Source of the DNA: a virus
IMG/VR virus record: IMGVR_UViG_3300016665_000380
Location: 1-46,856 of that record
Length of the DNA: 46,856 nt
Reading direction: 5' to 3' (one strand)
Below are positions 32,429 to 39,849 of the stretch, in pieces. A program made the translations under genes and the position numbers. The notes beneath the pieces are model-generated. The model had not been told where the DNA came from and searched no databases. It saw nothing but the letters and a program-made list of their open reading frames with translations. Numbering within the stretch: position 1 is the stretch's first letter; the number at the start of each line of letters is the position of its first letter.

Positions 32429-32886
32429 CGTCCACCTCCCATCGCGTAATGGAGAATGAGAAGCGCATCAGCGTTCTTGAGTGTAACGTCCAGATGCGGA
32501 TAAAGCTCCTGCGCTTTGGCTTTCAGCTTTCGCTTCCACTCGTTGTAATTGGCGCACGATGCTTTCCCTCCCAATCCAAGAGACGCCTGCCACGCCTTCG
32601 GAGTCGCTCGGTGGACCGAGTATCCGTACGCATAGCCAGCAGCCTCAATCCGACCGAGGTTTCTGTGTAGTACGGCCATCGACGAGCTTTTCGTCTTGGG
32701 AGAAACAAAGAGAGGAAGCTCCTCAATCCATAACTCTGCATTGGCCGTCTTTAGCTGGTTGATCGTTGCGCATATCTCAGGCAGCGACTCAGGCATGGAC
32801 AGCAGGATGATGCCGTCCGGCGTGTTCACGGCGAATCCTCCGCTGACGCCAGGATCGACCGCTACGATTGGTTTGTTTGATTTCAT
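32425..32886 (-). CDS. RuvC-like Holliday junction resolvase
   Basis: Track ORF 32425..33093. The ATG at 32886 (MKSNKPIVAVDPGVSGGFAV) lies 5 nt after the ssb stop; 32913 is an alternative. It has the DPG catalytic opening and a C-terminal NADALLILHYA. Confidence 0.65.
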   Translation of the reverse strand: MKSNKPIVAVDPGVSGGFAVNTPDGIILLSMPESLPEICATINQLKTANAELWIEELPLFVSPKTKSSSMAVLHRNLGRIEAAGYAYGYSVHRATPKAWQASLGLGGKASCANYNEWKRKLKAKAQELYPHLDVTLKNADALLILHYAMGGGR

Positions 32887-32890
32887 TCGC

Positions 32891-33238
32891 TTAGTAGCAG
32901 AGGACTGAGACATGTTCTGCCGCAATCCTGACTGCTGATTTTGTATCTCCGTTTTCGCTCCACTTCTCGACTTTGACACGCCCTTTGACACGCACCAACG
33001 CGCCATTGGAAATGTCCAAGATTTTCTCCGCAACACCGCCCCATGAAGACAGCTCAAACTCGTCGTAGTCTTCATGGAACTTACCATCGGCATCGGTCCA
33101 GTGACGAGCCACCGAGATGACTCTTCGGACCATCAATGCGCCTGTCTTCGTTTCGGTCTTGCGACTAATACCGCGCAGTTCTCCGATCAGGTAAACCACG
33201 TTTTCGGTTGGGGACGCTGATTCATTTATCGCGCTCAT
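32891..33238 (-). CDS. ssb: Single-stranded DNA-binding protein (OB fold)
   Basis: The track ORF starts at a GTG (33268). The ATG at 33238 forms an ATGA overlap with the helicase stop. NVVYLIGELRG...FELSSWGGVAEKI...GALVRVKGRVKVEKW follows the SSB OB-fold pattern. There is no acidic tail. Confidence 0.7.
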   Translation of the reverse strand: MSAINESASPTENVVYLIGELRGISRKTETKTGALMVRRVISVARHWTDADGKFHEDYDEFELSSWGGVAEKILDISNGALVRVKGRVKVEKWSENGDTKSAVRIAAEHVSVLCY

Positions 33239-34311
33239 TGGAATACACAGCCTAGTTCGCGGTAGCACTTCATTCGCTTCCGTGCGTGAAATGCTCCGAT
33301 GGGATGGAACTTGTCAGAAAAATCCACAATTGTCGCAACATTCTTCGTTTCAGTTTTCCGCAGCGCACGGCTGGCTCGCTGGATCGTCTTTTGTGACGAC
33401 CGTCCACCGCTGACCATGATGAGCAGTTCGACGTTCGGAAGGTCGAGTCCTTCGTCGGCCAATGATGTGGCAATCATGGTTCTCAGGTTGCCAGCCTTGA
33501 ATTCCTCCATGTACGCGCGCCTGTCCTTCTTGCCGATCTTGGAGTGGACAAGCCGAGCGTTCGGAATGCTCGCCTCGTATTCTTCGCCCAGCGTGATGCG
33601 CGGGATGAGAATGAGCGTCTGCATGTCCAGATGCTCCAGCGCGTAGTTGATGGCGAACGCATTACGCTCGCGGTTTTGGCAGATGCCGATGTCCACAAGC
33701 GATTCCCAGGCGCACATGCGCTTTAATTCGTCGTCACTTATCCGCATGTACCGCCGTCTTGTTACAAATAGCCGGTCGATGTTGTCGTCGATCTTCTGCT
33801 GAAGATTCAGATCCGTTGCGTCGCTGATTTCGAGGTATGCGTCGGCCAGTGAATCGCCGATGTCGCTGCGCTTGATTTCGTAGGTGCGATTGTGAAACAG
33901 CATTCGCGTCACCGCATTGCGTTCCTCATCATCGCACCAGGGAGTGGCATCGAAACCATAGCGGAATCCCTTGCAGGACTCGATGATCCTGCGCCACCCG
34001 GCAGCAGGGCTGTGCTTTGCTTCGTCCACGATCAGGACATCCACTCCAGTAAAGTCCACTGATTCGTGAGGGCAGCGAATGTCTACGAATGAATCATCTA
34101 CTCCGGCAACACGGAGCGATGTGCGCGCTTGCTGGCATGTCTCTCGGGTTGGCGCAAGCCACCCAAAATTCAATCGAGGTCCGATGCTTTGAATGTTCTT
34201 GATGATGCTCGCGGCAATCCATGTCTTGCCGCTGCCAGCCGGGGCGATGATCAGACCGTCGCTAGTCTTGGCCCACTCGACTGCTTTCTTTTGGTATTCT
34301 CTCAGATTCAT
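33235..34311 (-). CDS. SF2 DNA helicase (DEAD/DEAH-like)
   Basis: Motif I IIAPAGSGKTW, motif II LIVDEAKH, and motifs V-VI ATSLADEGLDLP ... QRASRALR. Confidence 0.85.
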   Translation of the reverse strand: MNLREYQKKAVEWAKTSDGLIIAPAGSGKTWIAASIIKNIQSIGPRLNFGWLAPTRETCQQARTSLRVAGVDDSFVDIRCPHESVDFTGVDVLIVDEAKHSPAAGWRRIIESCKGFRYGFDATPWCDDEERNAVTRMLFHNRTYEIKRSDIGDSLADAYLEISDATDLNLQQKIDDNIDRLFVTRRRYMRISDDELKRMCAWESLVDIGICQNRERNAFAINYALEHLDMQTLILIPRITLGEEYEASIPNARLVHSKIGKKDRRAYMEEFKAGNLRTMIATSLADEGLDLPNVELLIMVSGGRSSQKTIQRASRALRKTETKNVATIVDFSDKFHPIGAFHARKRMKCYRELGCVFQ

Positions 34312-34392
34312 AGTTTTAGGAAAATTGTCCCTTCGCCAATGGCTTCATCACTGACGAAGGGGTTTGCGCGCATCACACGATGCGCCACGCCG

Positions 34393-34584
34393 TCACTCGG
34401 TGATTGCTGGGGACGATGCTACTTGCGTCGTTGCATTCATCTTTGCCAGCAGTTCTCTCACCGCTTTCTCAGCGAGAAATCCGACCTTCATCCCATTGAC
34501 CGCACAGTAGTCGCGAAGCTCTTCGTGAAGTGCTGCGTCGATGGTGATTACGGTACATTTTTTCTTAGGCTTATTGCTGCTCAT
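34393..34584 (-). CDS. Ribbon-helix-helix (CopG/Arc-like) DNA-binding protein
   Basis: Track ORF 34393..34647. The ATG at 34584 gives an ATGA overlap. CTVITIDAALHEELRDYCAVNGMKVGFLAEKAVRELL fits a strand-helix-helix pattern. Confidence 0.55.
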   Translation of the reverse strand: MSSNKPKKKCTVITIDAALHEELRDYCAVNGMKVGFLAEKAVRELLAKMNATTQVASSPAITE

Positions 34585-34814
34585 TGAATCTCCTTTTCCC
34601 TGCATTGTTTGATTGCCATGTCGATAGCAAGTCTGAGTGACGGCCACTCGGAAGGTTCGATTCCAATTTTGCCGTAACCTTCTAGGTGCTGCTGCACTTC
34701 AACAAATTCTCCTGCGGCTTCATCGACAATTTCGATTTCGATGACTCGTTCACAGAACAAAGACTCGCCTTCAGGTGTGATTGCCCACTTGGTTGGTCGG
34801 TTGATTAGTTTCAT
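34581..34814 (-). CDS. Hypothetical protein
   Basis: Track ORF 34581..34835. The ATG at 34814 (MKLINRP) gives an ATGA overlap with the upstream stop. Confidence 0.6.
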   Translation of the reverse strand: MKLINRPTKWAITPEGESLFCERVIEIEIVDEAAGEFVEVQQHLEGYGKIGIEPSEWPSLRLAIDMAIKQCREKEIQ

Positions 34815-34826
34815 TTCTCCGCCTCC
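34811..34826 (-). promoter_or_regulatory. Stop/SD/start junction, variant copy J0
   Basis: The plus strand reads tcatttctccgcctcc. In mRNA sense this is GGAGGCGGAGAAATGA: an SD, then an ATG overlapping a TGA. Confidence 0.6.
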
Positions 34827-35038
34827 TTCTCCCACATATTACGATAAATTGTCAGTCCGTACTCGGATGTCTCCAGCCCAAGCTCGATCAGGTGTTTGAT
34901 TCGGTCGTTCAAACGATTGAGTTCTCGGACAATGAACTGCGGATTGATATCTCTTAAGTTCCTGTTGTCAGGGGTGTGAATGATGAATCCATGAGCAGGA
35001 CCCAAGTTCTTCAGCTTCGTGTATTTGTAGCGGCTCAC
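34811..35038 (-). CDS. Hypothetical protein
   Basis: ORF track. The GTG start forms a GTGA overlap. The C-terminus ...WEKEAEK is encoded by the SD of the next gene. Confidence 0.6.
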   Translation of the reverse strand: MSRYKYTKLKNLGPAHGFIIHTPDNRNLRDINPQFIVRELNRLNDRIKHLIELGLETSEYGLTIYRNMWEKEAEK

Positions 35039-35050
35039 GACTTGGCCTCC
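35035..35050 (-). promoter_or_regulatory. Stop/SD/start junction 16-mer, copy J1 (one mismatch)
   Basis: The plus strand reads tcacgacttggcctcc. In mRNA sense this is GGAGGCCAAGTCGTGA. Confidence 0.7.
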
Positions 35051-35478
35051 TTGGCTTTAAGCTCTGCCCAACAACCCGGACATGTCAAAAAGTCCTGCCA
35101 TGGATTGCCAGTCTTTGGACCTGTCGCAAAGCAGTCGTGCGGGGAGACATGGCCGTCTGGCGTGTATGCTTTTTGGTATGCGTCAACAGCCTTCTCCAGC
35201 CGCTTGATGCGCCCCATCAACGCTTTTACCGCTTTGATTCCTTCCTCGATGTTGTCAGTCCCAAGCAGCGATTGAAACTCACCGCGCAGGCTCCATTTCC
35301 ATTCGGCCAGTCGATTAGCTCTATCGCGTTCTTCGATCAGCGATTGAATGCGCTGCTTCTGCTCCTCCGCTTCTTCGTAGAGTTGAGCAACTTTCAATGT
35401 CAGCCTCACGACATCCGCCTTCAGCGCGTCGCGTTCCTCAAACAGGTCGATGACCAGCTTGCCATTGAAACCACTCAC
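35035..35478 (-). CDS. Coiled-coil protein, distant member of tandem paralog family A
   Basis: Track ORF 35035..35553. The GTG at 35478 (VSGFNGKLV) gives a GTGA overlap. GRIKRLEKAVDAY resembles LIKRLEQAGDSL and RIRRLEEAGDRM of the next two genes. It ends ...KEAKS. Confidence 0.6.
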   Translation of the reverse strand: MSGFNGKLVIDLFEERDALKADVVRLTLKVAQLYEEAEEQKQRIQSLIEERDRANRLAEWKWSLRGEFQSLLGTDNIEEGIKAVKALMGRIKRLEKAVDAYQKAYTPDGHVSPHDCFATGPKTGNPWQDFLTCPGCWAELKAKEAKS

Positions 35479-35490
35479 GGCTTGGCCTCC
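35475..35490 (-). promoter_or_regulatory. Stop/SD/start junction 16-mer, copy J2 (exact)
   Basis: The plus strand reads tcacggcttggcctcc. In mRNA sense this is GGAGGCCAAGCCGTGA. Confidence 0.75.
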
Positions 35491-35792
35491 CTGGTTTTGC
35501 GCCATGCTTCTTGGGCATTCAGTTTTCGATTGGCGGTTTGCAGCGAATCCCATCTTGTCGGATCGGAGTTTTCGTAGAGAGAATCCCCCGCCTGCTCCAG
35601 CCGCTTGATGAGGTCAACAAGATCAAGGGCGTGTATGTTCAGCTTCCTGAACGACTCGTTCGCCGCATTCAGTTCGCGTTCAAGACTTCTCGCAAACGGA
35701 GCGTTTACCCACGGTTTTCCGTCGATGAAAACGACCCGATCAGTTGTCCTCGGTGTATCGACCATTTTGTTAGCGTTACCATTATGGCTCAC
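35475..35792 (-). CDS. Paralog family A protein
   Basis: Track ORF 35475..35819. The GTG at 35792 (VSHNGNANKMVDTPRT) gives a GTGA overlap. It is clearly paralogous to 35789..36124. It ends ...REAKP. Confidence 0.7.
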   Translation of the reverse strand: MSHNGNANKMVDTPRTTDRVVFIDGKPWVNAPFARSLERELNAANESFRKLNIHALDLVDLIKRLEQAGDSLYENSDPTRWDSLQTANRKLNAQEAWRKTREAKP

Positions 35793-35804
35793 GGCTTGGC
35801 CTCC
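35789..35804 (-). promoter_or_regulatory. Stop/SD/start junction 16-mer, copy J3 (exact)
   Basis: The plus strand reads tcacggcttggcctcc. Confidence 0.75.
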
Positions 35805-36124
35805 TTGGCTTCTCTCCATGCGTTTGCCGCTTTGTCGCAGATGCTACCATCTGGCATGAGTTTTTCCATTCTGTCTCCTGCCTCTTCCAACCTCCTAATG
35901 CGGTCAACCAAATTGAGAGCGTGAATATCAAGTTTCCTGTACATCTCACACGCTCGGTTGAGTTCGCGTTCCACTCGCTTCATCTCACCGGCCAGATCGT
36001 ACATCGTGGCTCCCGGCTCGAAGTAGGCCGCATCCGTCCTCGGCGTATCGCTGACCATTTTGCCGGTATCGGGAAGATGGTCTTCACCGACCATTTTGTT
36101 GGCGTTACCGTTATGGTTGCTCAT
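35789..36124 (-). CDS. Paralog family A protein
   Basis: Track ORF 35789..36139. The ATG at 36124 (MSNHNGNANKMV) gives an ATGA overlap. It shares ...RELN...YRKLDIHALNLVDRIRRLEEAGD with 35475..35792. It ends ...KEAKP. Confidence 0.7.
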   Translation of the reverse strand: MSNHNGNANKMVGEDHLPDTGKMVSDTPRTDAAYFEPGATMYDLAGEMKRVERELNRACEMYRKLDIHALNLVDRIRRLEEAGDRMEKLMPDGSICDKAANAWREAKEAKP

Positions 36125-36133
36125 TTGGCCTCC
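36121..36133 (-). promoter_or_regulatory. Stop/SD/start junction, short variant J4
   Basis: The plus strand reads tcatttggcctcc. In mRNA sense this is GGAGGCCAAATGA. Confidence 0.65.
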
Positions 36134-36453
36134 TTCCATTTACCAATCGTGCGAAGGAAAGCCTCTGCGCGTTGGGCTGCGGTGGCGCGAATCATTTTGT
36201 AGTCCGTAACGCAACCCTCTCCAGTTGCAACGCGTAGACTGAACGCGCAGTAGTCTACAAGCTGTTCTGGTGTCAGCACCTTCTCCGCCTCGTGCATGGC
36301 GTTCAGGTCGGTGAGAAAGTCGGGAAGACTATCGAAATCCAATTCAGCATTGCTGTCGGCGCGTTCAAAGCACCTGCGTCCGTCTAGCCATGCCTCGAAT
36401 TCTTTCCACCTACACGCTTCTGCGATGGCAACAAGTTGTTGTTCTGGATTCAC
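36121..36453 (-). CDS. Hypothetical protein
   Basis: Track ORF 36121..36471. The GTG at 36453 gives a GTGA overlap. It contains LPDFLTDLNAMHEAEKVL and ends ...WKEAK. Confidence 0.65.
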   Translation of the reverse strand: MNPEQQLVAIAEACRWKEFEAWLDGRRCFERADSNAELDFDSLPDFLTDLNAMHEAEKVLTPEQLVDYCAFSLRVATGEGCVTDYKMIRATAAQRAEAFLRTIGKWKEAK

Positions 36454-36465
36454 GGCTTTGCCTCC
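36450..36465 (-). promoter_or_regulatory. Stop/SD/start junction 16-mer, copy J5 (one mismatch)
   Basis: The plus strand reads tcacggctttgcctcc. Confidence 0.7.
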
Positions 36466-36638
36466 TTCCATTTGAATTGAACGTCTCCGCTCACGCTGTT
36501 GGTGTAGTATCCAACCCCAATCCTAACTGCTTCTTCTTTGAATTTTGATTCTGCGAACTTGCAGCCGAGCATGAATGCAACGAACAGAAGCATTCCGCTT
36601 ATTACTCCTACGGTGACAGTAGATGGATCGTCTCTCAC
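36450..36638 (-). CDS. Small single-TM protein
   Basis: ORF track; GTG start with a GTGA overlap. It has a hydrophobic segment (VTVGVISGMLLFVAFMLG) and ends ...WKEAKP. Confidence 0.55.
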   Translation of the reverse strand: MRDDPSTVTVGVISGMLLFVAFMLGCKFAESKFKEEAVRIGVGYYTNSVSGDVQFKWKEAKP

Positions 36639-36650
36639 GGCTTGGCCTCC
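36635..36650 (-). promoter_or_regulatory. Stop/SD/start junction 16-mer, copy J6 (exact)
   Basis: The plus strand reads tcacggcttggcctcc. Confidence 0.75.
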
Positions 36651-36850
36651 CTCGCTTTTATCATTGCGTCAGCTATTGCATAGGCATCCGTGGCATACGT
36701 TTTAGCTGTCAACTCGAAGTTGAGATTCATCCCCTGCAACGCCGCAGCTGCCAGGTAGTCGCGGAGGGTCATGCCGGGGTGATGATTTCCTTTCGCTTGC
36801 CAATCTTGAGCAGGAAATGCCGGTCCGCCGTCGTTGATCTGGTTGTTCAT
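36635..36850 (-). CDS. GGPAFP-motif protein (paralog family B)
   Basis: Track ORF 36635..36931. The ATG at 36850 (MNNQINDGGPAFP...GMTLRDYLAAAA) gives an ATGA overlap. The motif is common in small phage proteins of unknown function. It ends ...REAKP. Confidence 0.7.
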   Translation of the reverse strand: MNNQINDGGPAFPAQDWQAKGNHHPGMTLRDYLAAAALQGMNLNFELTAKTYATDAYAIADAMIKAREAKP

Positions 36851-37143
36851 TTCACCCCCCTCGTTTGGATAATTGCGTCGGCACGAATGAAGCGCAGTTC
36901 GGCTCGCCACTTCGCCTCCCACTTGAGCCACTCAATCGGGTTGGTGCTCCAATTCCCTTCCGGCTTTGGACCAGCAAGTGCAACAGCACCAGCCATGTTT
37001 AGATCCTGCAAGTCGTCGAGCGTCTCAGCCGCTGCGAAGTAGTCGCGTAAACTCATCCCCTGCTGCTGAACGTACAGGCCGATCTGTTTGTCCATGTGGG
37101 TGTCCCGTGCGAACGCCGGTCCTCCGTCGTTGATCTTGTTCAT
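36847..37143 (-). CDS. GGPAF-motif protein (paralog family B)
   Basis: Track ORF 36847..37176. The ATG at 37143 (MNKINDGGPAFA...GMSLRDYFAAAE) gives an ATGA overlap. Confidence 0.7.
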   Translation of the reverse strand: MNKINDGGPAFARDTHMDKQIGLYVQQQGMSLRDYFAAAETLDDLQDLNMAGAVALAGPKPEGNWSTNPIEWLKWEAKWRAELRFIRADAIIQTRGVK

Positions 37144-37511
37144 TTCGTTTCCTCCATCACCCCACACGGGAGCCACGTTTTTCCGCCGTCGGTGCTGTGT
37201 TCGTGGTTTTCCAACGCAGCCTCGCGTTTAATGGCAATATAATGAACTATGATTCTTCCGTCTGAATCGACTGCCGAAATCAAAGACCTCCAACTGCCTT
37301 GCTTCGGCCGCATAAACGCCCCCAGCGGCACCTCATCAGGGGTCCAAGGGCGGAGCTTTGCGGTGGGTTTGATGCGGTATTCGACATGGAGCCAGTTCCA
37401 ATCTGGAATATCAACTGTGACCCATCCATTCGAAAACCTGCCCTCCACTTCCTTCCCATCAGCCCATGCCAACATTACGGCGGCTGCTTCTCTTGCTTGT
37501 TCGCGTGTCAT
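37140..37511 (-). CDS. Hypothetical protein
   Basis: ORF track. ATGA overlaps on both sides. Confidence 0.65.
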   Translation of the reverse strand: MTREQAREAAAVMLAWADGKEVEGRFSNGWVTVDIPDWNWLHVEYRIKPTAKLRPWTPDEVPLGAFMRPKQGSWRSLISAVDSDGRIIVHYIAIKREAALENHEHSTDGGKTWLPCGVMEETK

Positions 37512-37861
37512 TTGCTCGTCCTCCCGTATTCCAGTTTGTCGTTCTTCTGTCGCAGGTGCTCGTTCACTTCCTCCAGTTCTTTGATGGTTTGCCTATGCTC
37601 CTCAATCTTTGCGGTCAGTAGCGCAATCTCTTCTTTGTGCTTCAGTAGCGCAGCACGATACCTCTGGCACCTTTCCGAGAGTGTGAAGATGTGTTCACTG
37701 TCGTCCTTCATGCGCTGCTTGAGTTCCTGGTTCTCAATCAGCAGCCGCTCAAGCTCCGCTGCGCCAACCATGTGCTGCGTATCCATGCAGTGAACAAGAT
37801 TCAAACTGCGGATGACGCGCGCTTGCGTGTCCACCTTCTTTGCGATAGTTGATGCATTCAC
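37508..37861 (-). CDS. Coiled-coil protein
   Basis: ORF track. Its GTG start overlaps the thyX stop (GTGA). It has a long heptad-like helix (LERLLIENQELKQRMKDD...IKELEEVNEHLRQKNDKL). Confidence 0.65.
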   Translation of the reverse strand: MNASTIAKKVDTQARVIRSLNLVHCMDTQHMVGAAELERLLIENQELKQRMKDDSEHIFTLSERCQRYRAALLKHKEEIALLTAKIEEHRQTIKELEEVNEHLRQKNDKLEYGRTSK

Positions 37862-38535
37862 AGTCCAACCTCCTCTAGCAGAATTCGATTGTTGTGTTCT
37901 GTCACGGCGTCGTAGATGTCACGGAAATGCTCTTTGAAGATCGTATCGCGGATGGATATGGCGATGTCGCGATGCTCTCTCTGTGTTCCCTTGGCGCACC
38001 TCTGCTCAAAGTAATGAATCCATGAGCGGACCGATCCGGTCATGTAGATCGTCGTCTGCGTACACATCGGCAGAATCATGCGCGCCGTCTCGCGGCTCAC
38101 ACCCTGTGAGATAAGTTCGCGATACAAGTTCCACGCTTTGAACGTAACGTCGGCCACGGCATTGGTGGCCCACTCTTGATTGAACGCTTCACCGCTCGCC
38201 TGACGATTCTTCAAGTCCTGCGTCCGCAATTCCACAGGCTCCATCTCCAAAGCGGTTGCGTAACGCTGCGAGTATTCTTGGAAGCAGAAGCTGCGGTGCC
38301 GAATGATCTGAGCGGCAACTGCCCTGCTCGTCACAATCTCAACAGTCATGCTCGCCTGCTCGAAGATGCTCCAATGACCGTGCTTGATGCAGTAGGCCAA
38401 TAGCTTCGGTGCGGTCATCGTGTTGAACTGATTCGCCGGATTGCTGACCCTGGCGCAGTAACTGATGAATTCGGAAGCGGTCATGCTCCCGTCGCCGACA
38501 AGCGGCTTTGTAATCGCTACAATTTGAGTTCTCAT
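37858..38535 (-). CDS. thyX: Flavin-dependent thymidylate synthase
   Basis: It carries the ThyX signature RHRSFCFQEYSQRY (RHRxxSxxxxSxR). 225 aa. Confidence 0.92.
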   Translation of the reverse strand: MRTQIVAITKPLVGDGSMTASEFISYCARVSNPANQFNTMTAPKLLAYCIKHGHWSIFEQASMTVEIVTSRAVAAQIIRHRSFCFQEYSQRYATALEMEPVELRTQDLKNRQASGEAFNQEWATNAVADVTFKAWNLYRELISQGVSRETARMILPMCTQTTIYMTGSVRSWIHYFEQRCAKGTQREHRDIAISIRDTIFKEHFRDIYDAVTEHNNRILLEEVGL

Positions 38536-38600
38536 GGATACGGTTTTGAGTTCTTAGATTTGAGCGTTATTGCGGAATACGCTCCCCTCCGTGCTGATCG

Positions 38601-39029
38601 TTAGAACGGCTTCTCTTCGCCAGAGTCGTCGGCGGTCGGAACAGCCTTCATGCTCTTGAGGCGAACGGCCTTCTTCTTCTCCCCGTTGCTCTCGTACTCT
38701 TCGAATTTCGTCGTGATGACCAGCGAAAGGCCGATCATCGCCTTCAGGAAGTTCGCGTAGCTGCCCTTGGTGCCGAGGAAGTCAACCTGCGTGCCATCCG
38801 GCACATTGTGGTTCGTCGCAGCAACCAACTGGTTCACACGGAACCACACGTTTTCCTGATTGATGAAGCGGTCCGAGATGCTCGCGCCTTCGTCAGTTTT
38901 GAACGTCAGCTTGCAGACCTCGCGGCCCTTCGTGTCGAGGCTTTCCTCGACCTTCACCAGCGTGACAATGAAATCGCCTTCGGAATCGATGTAATTGCCT
39001 CCAGCGTCTTTACGATTAACTTGGAACAT
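38601..39029 (-). CDS. DUF669-like putative ssDNA-binding protein of the recombination module
   Basis: GGNYIDSEGDFIVTLVKVEESLDTKGREVCKLTFKTDEGASI fits the DUF669 opening. The acidic C-terminal tail ends in Phe (DDSGEEKPF), as in SSB and T7 gp2.5. It is adjacent to the exonuclease and annealase genes. Confidence 0.6.
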   Translation of the reverse strand: MFQVNRKDAGGNYIDSEGDFIVTLVKVEESLDTKGREVCKLTFKTDEGASISDRFINQENVWFRVNQLVAATNHNVPDGTQVDFLGTKGSYANFLKAMIGLSLVITTKFEEYESNGEKKKAVRLKSMKAVPTADDSGEEKPF

Positions 39030-39054
39030 ATTTGGTTAGGTTTTGATTCTGTGT

Positions 39055-39849
39055 TTACTCTTCGGTTTTATTCAACACCCACTTTGGGCATGAAAGGGTT
39101 ATCATCGCCGTCGGATATGCTGGCCAACTGTCGAGGGCTAGGCACTCGTGCAGGAGCGTGATGGCTTTGCGACGCAGGTTTTCCCCGGCCCGAATCCACT
39201 CTGGGTCCAGGCGATAAATTCCAACCGCATACGGAGCCTTTCGCTCCACTGCGACGAATATGAAATTTTCGGCTCCGGTCATTATGAGGTAGTGCGCGGC
39301 TTGGATATGGTAGCCAAACGCCGTGACTGTGCGGCTGAACGCTTCCGGTGATGCGTCATCGGTCGTCTTCACATCGACGAGCGTATGATCCTCGACCCAC
39401 ATGTCTGGCCGCGCTTTGAGAGGTAGGCCAGTCTCCTCGTCCTCAGCGAAGATGCTCGCCTCGATCTTGTGGTTGAGATGGATGATGTCCCAGAACGGAT
39501 GCTTGCGGACGCTGTTGGCAACACCCTGAACATCAATGTCCTCAGCATGCGTCAGATGGATACGGCTCTTGTGCGCTTCCTTCCACGCTTTGCCTTCCTT
39601 CGTCCGGCCATCGACATCCGGCGGGATAACGGCGACAACCTGGGAGTAGAGATGCGGCTCCAGAACAGCCGTGTGAATCGCGGTGCCAAGCTGCATCGAC
39701 TTGCTCGGCTCGACATGCTCCTCCAGCGCGGCTTTGTAATGAGCCGGTGACTTTAGGATCTTCGACATCAGACTTTTGCTGAGAGCATCCACAGCGTGAT
39801 ACTTCTCGGCTGGCATGTCGTAGTTGATGTGACGGTTTTTGATGCTCAT
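39055..39849 (-). CDS. PD-(D/E)XK recombination exonuclease (RecE/DUF3799-like)
   Basis: RPDMWVEDHTLVDVKTTDDASPEAF...FGYHIQAAHYL...FIFVAVERKAPYAVGIYRL matches the D...(D/E)xK...QxxxY layout. It is coupled to the annealase gene by a 4-nt overlap. Confidence 0.7.
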   Translation of the reverse strand: MSIKNRHINYDMPAEKYHAVDALSKSLMSKILKSPAHYKAALEEHVEPSKSMQLGTAIHTAVLEPHLYSQVVAVIPPDVDGRTKEGKAWKEAHKSRIHLTHAEDIDVQGVANSVRKHPFWDIIHLNHKIEASIFAEDEETGLPLKARPDMWVEDHTLVDVKTTDDASPEAFSRTVTAFGYHIQAAHYLIMTGAENFIFVAVERKAPYAVGIYRLDPEWIRAGENLRRKAITLLHECLALDSWPAYPTAMITLSCPKWVLNKTEE

